A stretch of 64,000 nucleotides of DNA, from positions 71,426,001 through 71,490,000 of the forward strand of contig CM052817.1 of assembly GCA_028534125.1 (NCBI GenBank), in the 5' to 3' direction. Under the pieces are notes generated by a model that saw nothing but the letters and a program-made list of their open reading frames with translations, had not been told where the DNA came from and did no database searches. Below are positions 23,331 through 37,352 of this stretch, piece after piece; within the stretch, counting starts at the first letter, position 1, and each line of letters opens with the position of its first letter. Made by a program: the position numbers and the translations under genes. The DNA is from Lama glama. Lineage: Eukaryota.

Positions 23331-25644
23331 TAGGCCTCTCTGGAGGAGTAAAACCATTTTTCTTTGGTACATGACAAAGGTACCCCCTAAAAAACATCTT
23401 TGTAAGCTCCCTGTAAAGTGTGAAGCCTTGACATATGGCCGTGAGAAAAGTAAAACTTAAAAGGCAAAGGCAGAAAAAGAACAAAAAGTTACCTCCCATC
23501 ATAGTTCCTGAAGAGGGTAGTAGGAATATTTGAGGTCTCTGAATCAAGTGATAAAAAAAATGGAGGATGACACATGCTTTTATGCAATTAACTTTGAAAA
23601 AGTTTCCCAGGATCTATCAGAAAGTTTACCAACATTATCCCCTTGAAGAAAAAGACCACTGTTTCTAAGGCAGAGAATTTCTTTTAGTAGCAAGAATTGT
23701 GCTCATGTAAGATGCTGGGTCCTGGAAGGAACTTTAAGGTTCTGATGGATGTGGTTGGACTAGACAGGTGGTACCCTATTCCAGTCAGCAGGAGCTACTC
23801 GCTTATTTCCCTACGGAATCGTTAAACTTCTTATTTGCTTAGAGCAGAAAAGGAAGGTTGCCACTTGCTGCATTTCTGAACCTACTACAAAATTTTCCTT
23901 CAAGTCCTTTTCTCTCTTGTGAGATGCCGACATGTTAAGCCTGTAAAGGTCAGACAGACTGATGATGGATGGTGATGGTAACATTCACGTGTATCCTTGG
24001 GGGCACGACTGGTGTCAGGAGCCCTGGGGTCTACTTATGAGGGTTAAACTGTGCTCTTTTTGTGGGCCTGTCAAAGATCCACTATTTCTGTGTAATTACT
24101 ACTCTGTGGCTCCCTTCCCTCTGGACTACAACGTAGACACAGTTAATTCTAGGCTTCCTTTGTTCACAGTGGAAGGAAGGTAGACCAAGGAATTGCACAT
24201 GAAAAACAAACTTAGTCATTTATAATCAAGATTTTCTTTATGAATCTCTAAGTATTAACTAAAACATAAGTCCTGCACAACATTCAAACATATTGTAATA
24301 AGTTATGGGCCATCAAGTAATGAGCATTTCATCCTTTCAAATTCTTTCAATTTAATTTGAACTCTATCATCACTTTTATATTATAACTTTATTGTCTAGA
24401 GAACGATTTCAGGGTAGGAAGAGAGAATGGGGACAAAACATGGACTGTATTCAAACTGGTGGGCTAACATCGAGTGGAACGAGGAAGCTATAAATCTGGA
24501 ATTGAACATTGCTTTGTGTGTCTCCTGTCAGAGTGGAGGCCTGATCTGAGACACACTAGGTGTTTCCATGTACCTTGGGGAGGAGGGGTTGAAGGACATG
24601 TCCTGAGATCTTCAAAACAGAATTTATTTGAAAACACTTAAGAACTGTTCTCAGAACAGATATACAGGATGGTAGACAGCGAGGTAAAGATGAGGGCTGT
24701 CCAGTAAGGGCCCTGAGCCTCTTGGAAGTACCACCCCAACGCCATATCGAGGTTACTATCCCCAGACAGGCCACCGACCCAGAGAATGCGTGCTTCCCCT
24801 GGGCTGAGATGTAACAGTCACAGGATTCCAGCAGTTGTGAAATATTTTTCCTCTGGGGAAACCACATAATAACCCACTTAATTTGTCATGAGCCAGTCAT
24901 GCCGCGACATGGCATTTCCCGGCTAGAGTGACCTAAAATGCAGACTAAAGATAGGGACTGTGAATGTGATGTTGGCCAACCAGCCTTTCTTGGCCAAAGG
25001 TCCTACTGGCATTATGGAAAGCATTTTGGCTAAGTAGAAGCAGGGGGACCTGGGACTCTGGAACGTTTCCACTGTGTCACGTCTCTCGGCTCCCCCGGGG
25101 TTTGTGTTCTGTACCTTGGTCTCTAACCTTTGGTTCAGCTATTTTCAGTCGAGAGCCAGCCTGGCCCCGGTGATCTCCTACCTAAGTGTCCCTCCTGAGC
25201 TGTACCTTCTGCCTGTGTGTTGTTAAGAGCAGCTCTCCGTGCAGCTCTGGAGAAGTCGGTGAGCATCCGGAAGGCCCAGGGCGCGCCTGGCCGCCGAGCG
25301 CCCACTGTGGCCAGTGTGTCACAGATGGCCGCGCCCCCTCCGCAGAGTTAGCTGGAGCGCTGCTGAGTCAGAGTTTCGAAAACAATGACAGGCTCAACAC
25401 AATGACAGGCTCAACTGAGCAAGGACCCAGACTCAGAGCAGATGCTTCCAAGTTTTAACAAAACAGAAATCTCAGCAGCTTTTCATATAATTCAAACGGT
25501 AGTCACTCAACAATTTTTGGCACACCAAGCAGGTTGGTCGCTCTCTTCCCCTCAGCTTGCTCTAGCAGATTGCGGCCCTGTCATTCACCGAAATGAGCTC
25601 ACTCGTTCTCTGCTGAAGCAGAGAGCCCTTCTTGCTGGTGTGAG

Positions 25645-25825
25645 TTGAACGAAGGGGTAGTAGGGAGGTAGCGTTGAGTGGGTAGAGTTTCAGCTGGGGA
25701 GGATGAAAAGTGCTGGAGATGGATGGTGCTGACAGTTGTGCGACAAGGCCGATGTTTGGAACGTTGCAGCCCTGTACACTCAGAAGTGGCAAACGATGTT
25801 ACGTATATTTTGCCACAATAAAAAC
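25645..25825 (+). mobile_element. L1MB-like 3' end fragment
   Basis: gggtagagtttcagctggggaggatgaaaagtgctggagatggatggtg...tattttgccacaataaaa. Confidence 0.8.
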
Positions 25826-27696
25826 ATTGTTTAGTGAAAACTGCAGGCATGCAGGTGTTGGGGAGAAAATAGGTTCAGTATTGAACATGGAAGAACCTGT
25901 TCTTTTTTCTCACGAGACCTTTCCTTTCTGGTGCCGAGGAGGAGTCCAGAGTCTTAGAGAATTAAAAAGTAGAATTTGGGACCTGAAAACAAGAATTCTA
26001 AATAATCAAAATGCATTAAGCTTTCTTAATTAAATAGTAGAAACAAGGTTTCCTAAGAGTGAAAAAATGGGGAAGGAATTTGACTTCCCAAACGAACAAA
26101 AAGGCGTCCATATTCACTGAATGAGGGCCGGAGAGACACCACCACTGGCACTGATCTTTGGATCTATTTGCTTCAGCAGTTTACCTGGGAAAGGTCACTA
26201 TCAAGTAAGCTCCAGGATATTTGAAAGAAAATAAGTCATATTTTAAAACTGAAAACTCAGACTGTAATATATCTGTCTAAGGGGTCTGTCACCACATGAA
26301 ATTGTATCAGATACTAGCCTCATTAAAGAGCGGTGTCAGGTTTAGGATTTAGTTTGTTTTCAACTCTTCAGCCCATTGTCAACACCTCAATCTTGTGTTT
26401 TAACTGGGAAGGAATGGATCGTTTGATGTCCAACCTATAAACTATTGTGGCGAGTGAGGCTTCTCCAGGGAAAGCAATGATCAAGCCAGGGGCACAAGGG
26501 ACTAAACGACAGCTCCTTCTGGGCTCAAGAGGGAAGAGAACTGAGTCCAGTTATAACGTCTGCAGGAGGGCAGTAGGGAGTGGCATGTTGGGGCCTAGAT
26601 TAAAACAAGGCAGGTGATTCATTAGCATCCTCAGGACCAGCACTGTAACAGGACAGAGCATCCGAGCACAAGTACCTCTGAGAGCCGCACTAACAGTTCT
26701 CATCCAGGAACCCTATGTTAAAGACGTCGGTGTCAAGCTGGAGTAGAAGCCATGGGGACAGGCAGCACAAGGCTGAGAGGGAAGATGACCAGTGTGACGG
26801 GCTGGGGTGGCTCAGCCATAAGCCATTCCTTCAAGTCCCTCAAACACAACCAGGTAAAACTCAGGACACAGACAGGTAGCCCTGGCAGGGAAAGGCACTT
26901 CTAGAAGCAAAGACTGAATTTGCTCCTTTGTAATTTGAGGCTTAAGGGTCAGAAGCATAGAGGCATCTTTTCTGATTAAAAAAAAAAAAATCCTTGTTGA
27001 GGGGAGGGAGGTAAAAATTATGACAGTATTCAGGGGTGGTGTGTTGGGGGAGTCCCATTTCATGCATTTACTGTGTCATGTATCTGTGGTCAAGTCTTTA
27101 CTGAAAAGATAGAGGAGAGTCATAAGGATACTTATTATACAGAATAAAGTAAAAGTCAGGAGGATAGGATATTTCTCAATTTGAATAATTCTCTAACTTA
27201 ATATATGAATTTACTTTAAAGGAAAACGTCACAAAACCCCGAGAGAAATATATATGCTCTCACTCTCAGACCACCGCCAGTCTGAGGAAAAGTGTCTGAC
27301 TCAGACTCTGTGACTCTAAATTAAAAAGAATCACTATGAAAAATTAATCTGGCAAGACAATCCTTCATCTACACACGAAAACACAAAATTAAAATATTCT
27401 CATAGAATTCTGAAATGCCTAAAACTCCTAGACTTCTAGGCGTTGTCTGTAGCTCCAAGTCTGAAAAACGCTTCTTTGGCCCAAGAGTTTGCAGCTTAGT
27501 GGTCCCAATTCATGTATAAAAAATAGCTGCCTGTGGTTTGGTTCATGAAATTCATATTATGAACTTTTTATCTAAAGTCGCCATTCCATGCCAGCTGTTT
27601 AAATGCTTGGTCCACAGTAGGTGCTCAATATAAATGCATTAAATGAATAAATGAATGAATCCATTCTAATGTGTCTCACTCTAAGACCGTTTTCAT

Positions 27697-27736
27697 TGTG
27701 TGTGTGTGTGTGTGTGTGTGTGTGCATGCGCATGCG

Positions 27737-27779
<43 letters not shown>
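27697..27779. repeat. Compound inverted microsatellite (TG)14-catgcgcatgcgcacg-(CA)18
   Basis: Read directly from the sequence. Confidence 0.97.
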
Positions 27780-27781
<2 letters not shown>

Positions 27782-28434
27782 TCTCCTGCTGCTCTTCCCT
27801 AGTCTTTGACCTCGGAAGACAGGGGTCAAATCAATAGTTCAAACCAAATGCCAACACCTGGAGGCAGCAGGGGTACAGCCCCCGGTGGACAGTGCACAGT
27901 TGGGATGCACACACCGGAGACACCTCACATCCTTTGTGAACAGACACGAACTAGGGGCGCACCTTTCAGAAAGACCGTTGATAGCTAATGCTGCAGGTGG
28001 CTCATAATGAAATTACAACCTCTCACCTCACTTTTAGGAGAAACAGGACAGGGAACACAATCTATAAATAAAAAAAATTTTGAACTAAGTAAACCAATTC
28101 TTAATTCCCAATAAAAAAAAATTAAGAAGCCCAGAGGATGATCAGGTGCCCCTAAGGACAGGAACCAGTTTGTGGGTTGACAGCCAGCACTGCTCATGGG
28201 TGAACTCAGAGCTTGTCACCAGCAGATCCCTTTTTCTGGCAATAAAGATCTTTTCCTGGAAAACTGTGCCCATGTCAAATCCTTGCCACTTAGTTTTTCC
28301 CTGTTTCTGCTAACCTGTGGCCCACTTACATTCAAGACTATTAAAAAGTTAAAGGAGAAACCTTAGGAATCTACACATAGGATTTGGGGTTAATTTCTTG
28401 AAGGTGAACTGCAGCTTGCTAAGGCCAGTTTCTT

Positions 28435-28534
28435 NNNNNNNNNNNNNNNNNNNNNNNNNNNNNNNNNNNNNNNNNNNNNNNNNNNNNNNNNNNNNNNNNN
28501 NNNNNNNNNNNNNNNNNNNNNNNNNNNNNNNNNN
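28435..28534. other. Assembly gap (100 N)
   Basis: Run of N. Confidence 1.
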
Positions 28535-28988
28535 GATGAGAACACGAGGATACCCGAACAAGCGGAATCTCCTAGTCTGCATCCTCCCTCCGGAGCTGAA
28601 GCTGTGCTCCGGCATGGGGCCGGGAGACGGCCGTGCTGCTCCTTTAGCCTGCGTTCTACGCTCGCTCAGCTGGTCACGGCCTGAGGGGCCTGAGGGGCGT
28701 CATAAGGCCCCGGAAGCGTGTTTTCAGGACAGCTTGGGCACCAGCATGCTCTGTGTAAACTATTCTACTCTTCAGATACACAAAGCGCAATTATTTAAAA
28801 GGAGAGAAGGAGGAAGGAGAAAAAAATCGTGGAGATTAGTCAGGAACTCTCCATTCATTCATTGTAACTTTCCTGCAACCAATAAAACGGGACCTTCAAA
28901 TCGTTTGCCTTTAAATAAACGTTGTGGGGGTTTAGCTACACAGGGGTGAGGGGTTAGGGGAGAAAACGGAAGGGGAGAAGACACTCAC

Positions 28989-29140
28989 CTAGTTCGGGTG
29001 CTTTGCTTAGCACAAATGCATAAGCCCAGAATTTGCTGACAGGTCCATTGTAAAAACTCTGGTCACAAACTGAATGCTTCAGGCCTTTGGTCATCAAAAT
29101 GTACACCATATAAGCACCAGTTCGAAGAGCACCGAATATA
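28989..29140 (-). CDS. ELOVL6: ELOVL6 penultimate coding exon (152 bp)
   Basis: Translation (S)[50 protein letters not shown](G) contains the first half of the ELO KxxExxDT motif. Acceptor ...ctcttttcattatgaag|, donor CTAG|gtgagt. Phases fit both flanking exons. Confidence 0.97.
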
Positions 29141-30799
29141 CTTCATAATGAAAAGAGAAAAGAAACAACATTCAGGAGAATAATTTCACTTCTGACATTA
29201 ACCGTTCCTAGAAGACTGTCACGGGCAGGAGACGCGAGGAGGTGAATCACAAGCACTTGCATGTACCCAGAGCATTTAAAAATGGTTTGTAAACAGGAGG
29301 AGTAAAACTCAGTGCTGTATCCTGAAGGCCATACATATGCCACTCATTCTTCATCAATGTTCCAAAAAGAAGTCATGGAAAAAGGGAACAGATCCAAGGT
29401 AGTATCTCAAGAACGCTGATGATCTCTGGGTTTCGGCTTGAGAACTATTCCTTGGGGATGAAATGGAGTTGGCTGAAAACTCTTGGAATTATCTCAGTTC
29501 CATTGTCCAATCATTCTCCAAATCCCCTGGCTTTGTTCCCTAAACCTCTCTCTAATCTCACAGAAGCCAGAGGAAGAAGGCTTAGCTCTACTGTCATCCC
29601 TCCAGAAGCCCATCCAGGTTCAGTCCTCCGAGCCCCACAGCCTCGGACTAACATGACTCAAATGCTGTTCTTTCATGCCCTGTTACGTGTTTGTCTTCAT
29701 ACAGGCATAGGGGCGCAGAGATTGCTGAAAAACTGAGAGATTGTTTAACAGTAAACTGACACATGGAATTTTTATCGAGGAACTGCTAAGGAAACAGGAG
29801 AGCTGTGAGATGTGTCAAGCTTGATGATGTAACATGAAGTATGAGAGCACCTGGCAGCTGGAACGCGCAGCTTCCCTTACGGAGTGAACCCCATGGGCGT
29901 AGGTCCCAGGGTTCGCCAACTGCACGCATGACTGAGAGGACAGACAGCTGATCAGGCAGGAGATGTGCCTGCCCTTCCTTTTTCTTCTTTAGAAACCCTT
30001 TTAGGTTCTAAAAGTCAGTTAGGAAATAAACTATTGAACAACTACTGAAGTAAGTAGCAGCCTCAGCCAATAGGGAAATGGGAGCTTGCTTTCTTTCAGA
30101 GGCACTTTTATTTAAAATGTCCTAAGTGTTGCTCCAGATAAGTCATTCCAGTAGGCTACCCCGTCCATAAATGTACCTCCACTAAGTGAGGATGAGGGCA
30201 TGAGGAGGTCGTTTCAGAGCACAGCAGAATAGAACGTTCAGGTATCACAGTGACCCACAATATTGCTGGTAACAAGTACAGAGCACATGTTGTTGCCCCA
30301 TATCTGGACACAAGCCCCACTCCCTAAGCTCTGAACAATGAGGCTGACTCAGAACAGAGGACAGTGCAGTTTTTCAGGGAAACCCTCAGTGCCAGCCATT
30401 GGGCCGACGTGTCTGAAGGCAAAGGCGCTTTGTTAGGATGTGACAATGCTACTGCTGGGAGCCGGCGGGGAGCTGCTTGGCCAGCGGGCTGATTGTTATT
30501 TGTGGGACGCCAGTAACTCTGTCCCTGGCACGTCTCAGCCACTGTACACTTTGGAACCATGTGGCCTTTTAGGATTACTGGGCACAGGGCCCTCAGACTG
30601 TGGCACTTCACCAAAATATACCTGAAGGGAGGAGACTTTTTTTTTTTTTCCTAAGTTACATCTTGATGTGATGCAAAAAAACAGATATGCAGCTTCTGTT
30701 CTGCTGCCCCTAGTCCTGACTGATGCTCATGACAGACATCACTAATCAATTCTGACACACTTCTGGCTGTGCCTGTACCCTGTGCCAACCACTGTAAGA

Positions 30800-31025
30800 C
30801 ACCACCCATGAACGAGAGTTGCAAATTCCCATCACAGCTCTCACTAGTTTCACAACAGGTTACTTAACCTAAGTCTTTATTTGTCTGAAATGGTAATAAT
30901 ATCTAACTTGTAAATTAGTTCTAGTTCTGTGAACTTTGTAGGACAAATTAAGATATTTAGTTAGCCTGGAGCCTCTAATATACAGGTGCTGAATAAAACA
31001 GTTTTTATACTATTATTACTATTAT
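30800..31025 (+). mobile_element. MIR SINE, degenerate
   Basis: caaattcccatcacagctctcactag...caggttacttaacct...gaaatggtaataata. Confidence 0.6.
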
Positions 31026-32659
31026 TAAAGTGTTTTATGGTTAAGTGTTTATTGTTAGATATTTTATTTCATGAGCCACCTTTTCACAAAATAACTGCCC
31101 ATTAGCAAGTTCACAATAGGATGTGAAATGAGCATTTTCCATAGAACAGCTTGAAGGAGAGATTGTTGGTATAGAAGTTTCTGGTTCATGTGAAATTCAT
31201 CTTTTGATCAGATGATAAAGATTATTCAATCTAGGGTCTCAAAGAGGCCAAGAGTCGGGGCCATCGTGTTTAGCGAGGGCAGGTGACTGAGGCCTCACAC
31301 ACCTCTTCCCAGCTATAAGGTCACTCTAGTATCTTGGTTTTTTAAAAAAATGTATCATTTTTCTCACCAAAGTCTAGTTTCAGTGATAACAGTTAATGGA
31401 ACAGGAGAGGGGCTGTGGAGAGAGCAGTGGACGTTTCTAAACTCCTTCAGCAACGGTAGGCACAACGCAGCAAGGAGTGCTGGAGGAAGCCACAGCCCTG
31501 ATTAACAAGGTGCTTCTTCTCTGTCGCATTTTCTGGAATTCCTAGTCCAGAAGAAGCCTGCTTCTTCATCATTAGCCATTTGCCGCAGCATGGACTCAAG
31601 GAGGTGCCAAATATGCATGTATCATGTAAACAGATTTCAAATTCTGACAGAAACAATTCATGGTAATAAGCACCGAGGTCCTTTCTAAAAAAGTTTGAGA
31701 GATACAGCTAATCTTCCTTCAAACCAAGGCTCTGACCATGAGGTCTGACCATGTATTTACTTGAGAAAGAGTTGAATAACTCTACTCCAGCCTTGCAACT
31801 TTAGCGCCATCTGGACGTCAAAGCGGACACCCCAGTAATGACGGTAAGCACTCTGGAATTCCACCTCGGGAGAGGGCGCCTCGGGTGTATGTCATCAGCA
31901 GTACTTCCCCTTGTTTCTGCACGGACAGGAATAGTTGGTAAAACCACTCTTGCATTGCTCCCTTGTTGGCCCCCGACTAGACGTTAAGGTCTTTTGGAAT
32001 CAAAACGAGGTTTCTAAAGGACTTTTTATTCTGTAGTGCCAACCACCCCGACCCCTCCTCCTTCTGCCCTCACTAACTCAATAACCAAAGGGGCTATCAT
32101 TTCCAGGATTGGGCAATAAAAATGTTGTATTACACTTGTATCCTATAATCAGAAAAAAAAAATGTGAGGTTTTGTCAGTGGTCAAAATATGGCAATGGCT
32201 GACCCAACAGTAGCGACTCTTTATAAACATGGGAGAGGCCGCTGGTCTGAATCTGACAGTTCCCAGAGTAGGAATACTCAGATCCCAGAACAGGTTAAAG
32301 CAAATTAACCACCACCAAAAAAACCCAGTGTAAGGACTCTGCACTTGGCAGGTGATACAGAGTGACCACCGCTTACAATGGGGAATAACAGCACTTTGGG
32401 GGGGGGTAATGAACCAGCAGTTAAACGGGGATATATATGTATTGTAGTTGTTTAAAATTTACTTCCTCTACTCAACGACTCAGAGTGTACAATTTCACTT
32501 TTTACTGAGTGATCATTTCTAGATTTGACTCATTTATCTTGATTGGAATCTTTAATAGGATCTCTCCATTAAAAAGTTTGAAAAATCCCTTGTGGATCAA
32601 GACACATGAGGCTAAAATTGCACATTACATATACCAAAGCTGAAAAGACACACTTCTTT

Positions 32660-33420
32660 TGAAATCTCGCTGTTTGTGACAACATGGAAGAACCTTGATG
32701 GTTTTATGCTAAGTCAAACTGAGAAAGACAGCATATGATTTCACTCATATGTAGAATATTTAAAAAAAACAAAACCCTAATAAACTAACAACAAAATACA
32801 TGAAGAACCAAACCAAAGAAAAACATGCGGATGCAGAGAACAGAGTAGTGGTTACCAGAGGGGGAGGGTGAAATGAGTTAATGGGAACAACTGTATGTCA
32901 CGAATAGAAACTAAAATTTTTGTGGTGGGTGTGCTATAGGGTATACAGAAATGTGCACGTGAGACTTATATAATGTTATAACCCAATGTTACTCCGATGT
33001 AAAAAACTGATTTTAAAAGAGAAGAAAGAGAAAAAATATATTTCTTTGACCTAATAATTCTATTGTTGGAAATACAACATACCCTTTAGGTATACTAGCA
33101 AAAGTACAGCAAGTCTTGTGTTTCACGATATCAAAAAGATGGTTAGGACATAATGTAAATGTCCTAAAATAATTGACATGAGAATGGTTAAAAATGACCA
33201 TGAACACAATACAGCAATAAAATGTACCTGGTACATTTGCCTTAGGTGCTGACACTGAAAGGCTCCTGGATACATGATGATTAAGTGAAGAAGATAAGGA
33301 GCAGAACATTCTGTATAGTATGATCCAATTTTTGTACATTTTAAAAAGGTAACACACACACATACTGATAGTTATAAAGCATTTATAAAGTAAAATCCCT
33401 CAAACTGTTAATAATCATTC
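32660..33420 (+). mobile_element. L1 3' end (~32660-33010) followed by an older L1ME-like fragment
   Basis: gacaacatggaagaaccttga...agagtagtggttaccagaggggg...aatgttactc, then tttgacctaataattctattgttggaaat. Confidence 0.7.
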
Positions 33421-34769
33421 CTAGTGTAGTTTTTACAACATCCATGTATCACTTGTTTTCCAGACACTACTAGAAACCTAAATTTAAATCATTTTGTAAT
33501 ATTTGTAAGCTGATGTCAAATAATCCTTGGGATTTTTTTGTTAATAAAAATGTTACCTTAAAGGTCTGACTGACTTAGATTAGTAACTCCTTTGCTTTTC
33601 AGAGATCAGATACGTTAGATGGAGCTTTTAGTTTGCAGGGGAATCAGCCAGCCAACAACAACCATGACAAGGAACAGAAATAATCAGTTAAACCTGAGAT
33701 ACATGGTAAGCTAGAAAAGTGCTGAGTAGAAAAGCTGAATCTAGTTTAGAACAGGAATGGAAGGATAGATAAGGCCTCTGGAGAAATATTATTTAAACCC
33801 TGAGGCATGGAGTAGCTTCCAGTGCATTTCTTGTAATGGTCTCTACTGTTAAATATCACATACGATGATATTCACCAGCTCCTAGATAAATTATATGCCG
33901 TATGTTGCACGTGGAGTCTATCAGAGCTGAAGTCTTCATGGAAGGAGCTGAAGTGAGGAGGGTCCCACAGCACAGACAGAGCTGCCTCAGTGGATCATTT
34001 GGTCCCCTGACGGACAGACAGAAGGCGGGCGTGCGCGCTATGACTGCTCTCTCCACTTACCGCAAATCCCCTGGGTAAGTCAGAAAAAACTTCAGCCTGA
34101 AACAGGTGTTCTTATGAAAAGTTTGGTAAGATGGGTTCATATCAATGCACTTTCTGATGCATCTGTTTATTTTCTTTATTTGTAAGTCGAAGCATTAAAA
34201 AAGAAGTAGTTGTCTTAAGGATCTGAGTTTCCTTAGATAATAAATACTGCAGGGCGTAGTCCTTGCATCTAGGGTGTGCAATTTGGATGTAACACACTTA
34301 ACCCCAGGTTTCTGAACAACACAGAAATACTAAGTTTGAAAAAATAACTTGACAGCCTGGCAGAGTGGGGAGTAAGGAGGAATGGCAAGATTAAAAATAA
34401 CAATGATGAAGACAACTGGTACCGTAATGGATCTTAATGAGGATTTCCCAAAAGAAATACAATACCTGGCTATAGAATTGTAACATTTTTAGTTATTTGG
34501 AATTTTGATTGATTGCACACTGTTTCATAAAATAGGCAGGATATTCTTTTCTGTTACTTGAGCTACTATTACTATGTCTTAATCTGAGATACTGGAATTT
34601 CATCTTCTTGGTTAGGACAAGTATCCTCTGCCCCACTGGGGCTAGAGTGGCAGGTGGCCTCTGCTCCTTCCCCACAGCTCTCAGACTACGTGATGCCGGC
34701 TTCACTTCTGGCTGACAAACACTTCACTAGATGCTGGCAGGGATTTCACATTTAAAGAACTTTATCGAG

Positions 34770-34930
34770 ATCCTACATGATGAAATCTGGTCATCACAAC
34801 AGCATCATGGGGCACCATTATCCTAGTTAAACAGACAAAGAGAAACATAGACACGGGGAGGGCAGGGGACTGGCCCAAGGTCACACAGTTACTGAGTACC
34901 ACAATCTTCTGACTACAGCTCTTGCACTTT
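34770..34930 (-). mobile_element. MIR SINE
   Basis: gactggcccaaggtcacacagtt. Confidence 0.7.
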
Positions 34931-36909
34931 ATTTCTTCACCCAGCACTGACCCTGAACTCCCCACCAGGCTTCCATTTAGGACAGTGGTTCTCAACCTGA
35001 ATGGACTTTACAATTGCCAAGATGCATGCTAAAACAATTCTTATGCCAAAGACCCATCTCATATCAATTCACTCAGCATCCTGGATGTGGAAGCACCTCT
35101 GAGTCCTAGCTCTGGGTTAGGGACACCCCGGAGGTTTCACTCTCCAAGATGCCTCCCAGACTGCCTCTACTCCCCACTCCGTGAAACTTTGGATCAAGCT
35201 GCTCGGGTAGCTGATGAAGAAAGTTGCCTACCTCTGCATCACCAATATACTTGGTAAGAACCCTTCCCCCTGTTTTCAGCCACTGATAGGATGCCATCTA
35301 ATTCATTCCTGGGCAAGTGGAGACTTGCCCATGACTAGGGATTATTGGCTTTCACCTACGCGCGGAAGAACAATGTACTGGTTTCTGGACTTACATAACG
35401 GGAACAAAGAGATAAAAGTCTTAACATTAGTGACCCCAATTACGTATGGCAGAAAATTAAAATAAGAGACTTGTATGGACTAAAAAGAACCTGAAAATAA
35501 ATGTGGATGGTAGACGAGATTAATATTGAAGCCCAAAACTCACCAGAACCACAAAAGTTGCCAATCATCTTGTTTCTACAGAAAACTGGGTTACTTTGAG
35601 AGAACTCTTAATCTCTTTTGGAATATTGCCAAATTGCTAGGACAGCAGTAATTCCAGTGCCAGGATTAATAGCACTGACCTGTTAAACAGCATTACACAG
35701 TCTTCACTAGGCTCCCCAACTGCAATAGGAAACCAAATTTTTTTTTCCTGAGGGATGATTAATGAAAATTTCATTGGGAGAGTATCTGGACGATGAGATA
35801 TATACATTATCTGTATAAATAGTCTCTAACCCAACCCAACTCAGCCCAAAAACTGAAACAAAAGGAAATAAAAGATGGGAGGGGGGAAGGAGAAAATGTC
35901 ACCATGACCCTCAGTTTGCCATGTCCTTAACACTGCGGAACAGGGAATGTCATTTAGGATTCCAGCCCAAAACTTCTGTGAGATCACATTATAACTCTAA
36001 GAACGGGAGGAAACATAAGTCACAATTTTCTGCTATTTATGTGCCCGATCCCCTTCTTTGGGTGTGTTCATCTAAAGGTCTGTTAGATAAGTTTTTAATC
36101 TCGTTAAGTAGCACACTTACTATTTTTTGGAATTTTCATAGTTGTCAGATTAATTGAATTCCTATAATCACAAGACATACCAAAGAAAGTAAATGTAAGC
36201 AATACTCATCTCACAAACATTAAGTACCGCTCTTCGACTGCAAGGTGTTTATAGATGGTGCCCAGATGGGTCACTCTTCAAAAGTGTCTCACTGGCAGCA
36301 GTTGGCAGGGACTACACGGCACAGTTCACCAGGTCCTCCAAAAGAAACCCCAGCAACAAACCCTAAGCAGCACTTACAGTCTCTGAACTTGTGGCCAATT
36401 CTGAATCTCCTATCTTAAAAATGCCACTATGCTGGTATGGCTACTCTGACCTCTGTGAATACCCAACTGGTCTGCTCTAGGATCCTCTCACCTCCATTTC
36501 AAGAACTTCCTGTGGCTTGAAGGAAGCCTGAGAATCTTCCTAGTCCTTCCCCTCAAGGCCCAAATCAAAGCCTCCCATAGCCCCCTGCACAATGAGGCTG
36601 CAGGAACCCGTGGCCCCAATTTCATCACAAAACAATTTTGAAAACAAAAATCATAGACAAGCACATTCTGATACATTTGTATATCAGGTCTCATTAAAGA
36701 AGAAAAGTTCACTCTGCCTTAACTCTTCTATGGACGCTTGGCCTATTTCCTGTCTGTCTCGTTTTCCTATCAATCCAGATTTTTGAATAGAGGATTCAAA
36801 TGAGACAAGTCTGTTATATTCCAGCAGCAAACAGTGGAGATGACCAAGATGACTGCTTTTAATTATTATGTCTATAAAAAGCTTTACATGTAAAATTTTA
36901 AGAAAGTTT

Positions 36910-37352
36910 TGGTGCATATGTATACAATGGAATACTCAGCCATAAAAAGAATGAAATCATGCCACTGGCAGCAAACATGGATGGACCTAGAGATTATCAC
37001 ATTAAATGAAGTAAGTCAGACAGAGAAAGACAAATATATGATATTGCTTATATGTGGAATCTTAAAAATGATACAAATGAACTTATATACAAAACAGGAA
37101 CAGACTTAACATAGAAAACAAACCTATGGTTACCTAAGAGGACAGGTGGGGGGAAGGGATAAATTGGAAATTTTGGATTAGCAGATACTAACTACTATAT
37201 ATAAAACAGATAAAAAGGTCCTACTGTATAGCACAGAGAACAATATTCAATAGCTTGTAATATTATGAAAGAGAATATATAACTGATTCACTATGCTATA
37301 CACAGAAACTAACCCAACATTGTAAATCAATTACATTTCAATAAAAAAAAAT
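36910..37352 (+). mobile_element. L1 3' end (artiodactyl type)
   Basis: ORF2 tail MEYSAIKR...TWMDLEIITLNEVSQTEKDKY, 3' UTR, and aataaa plus A-run. Confidence 0.9.

Noticed and set aside
28349..28949. 88- and 183-aa ORFs
   Set aside because: They span the 100-N gap and show no recognisable protein.
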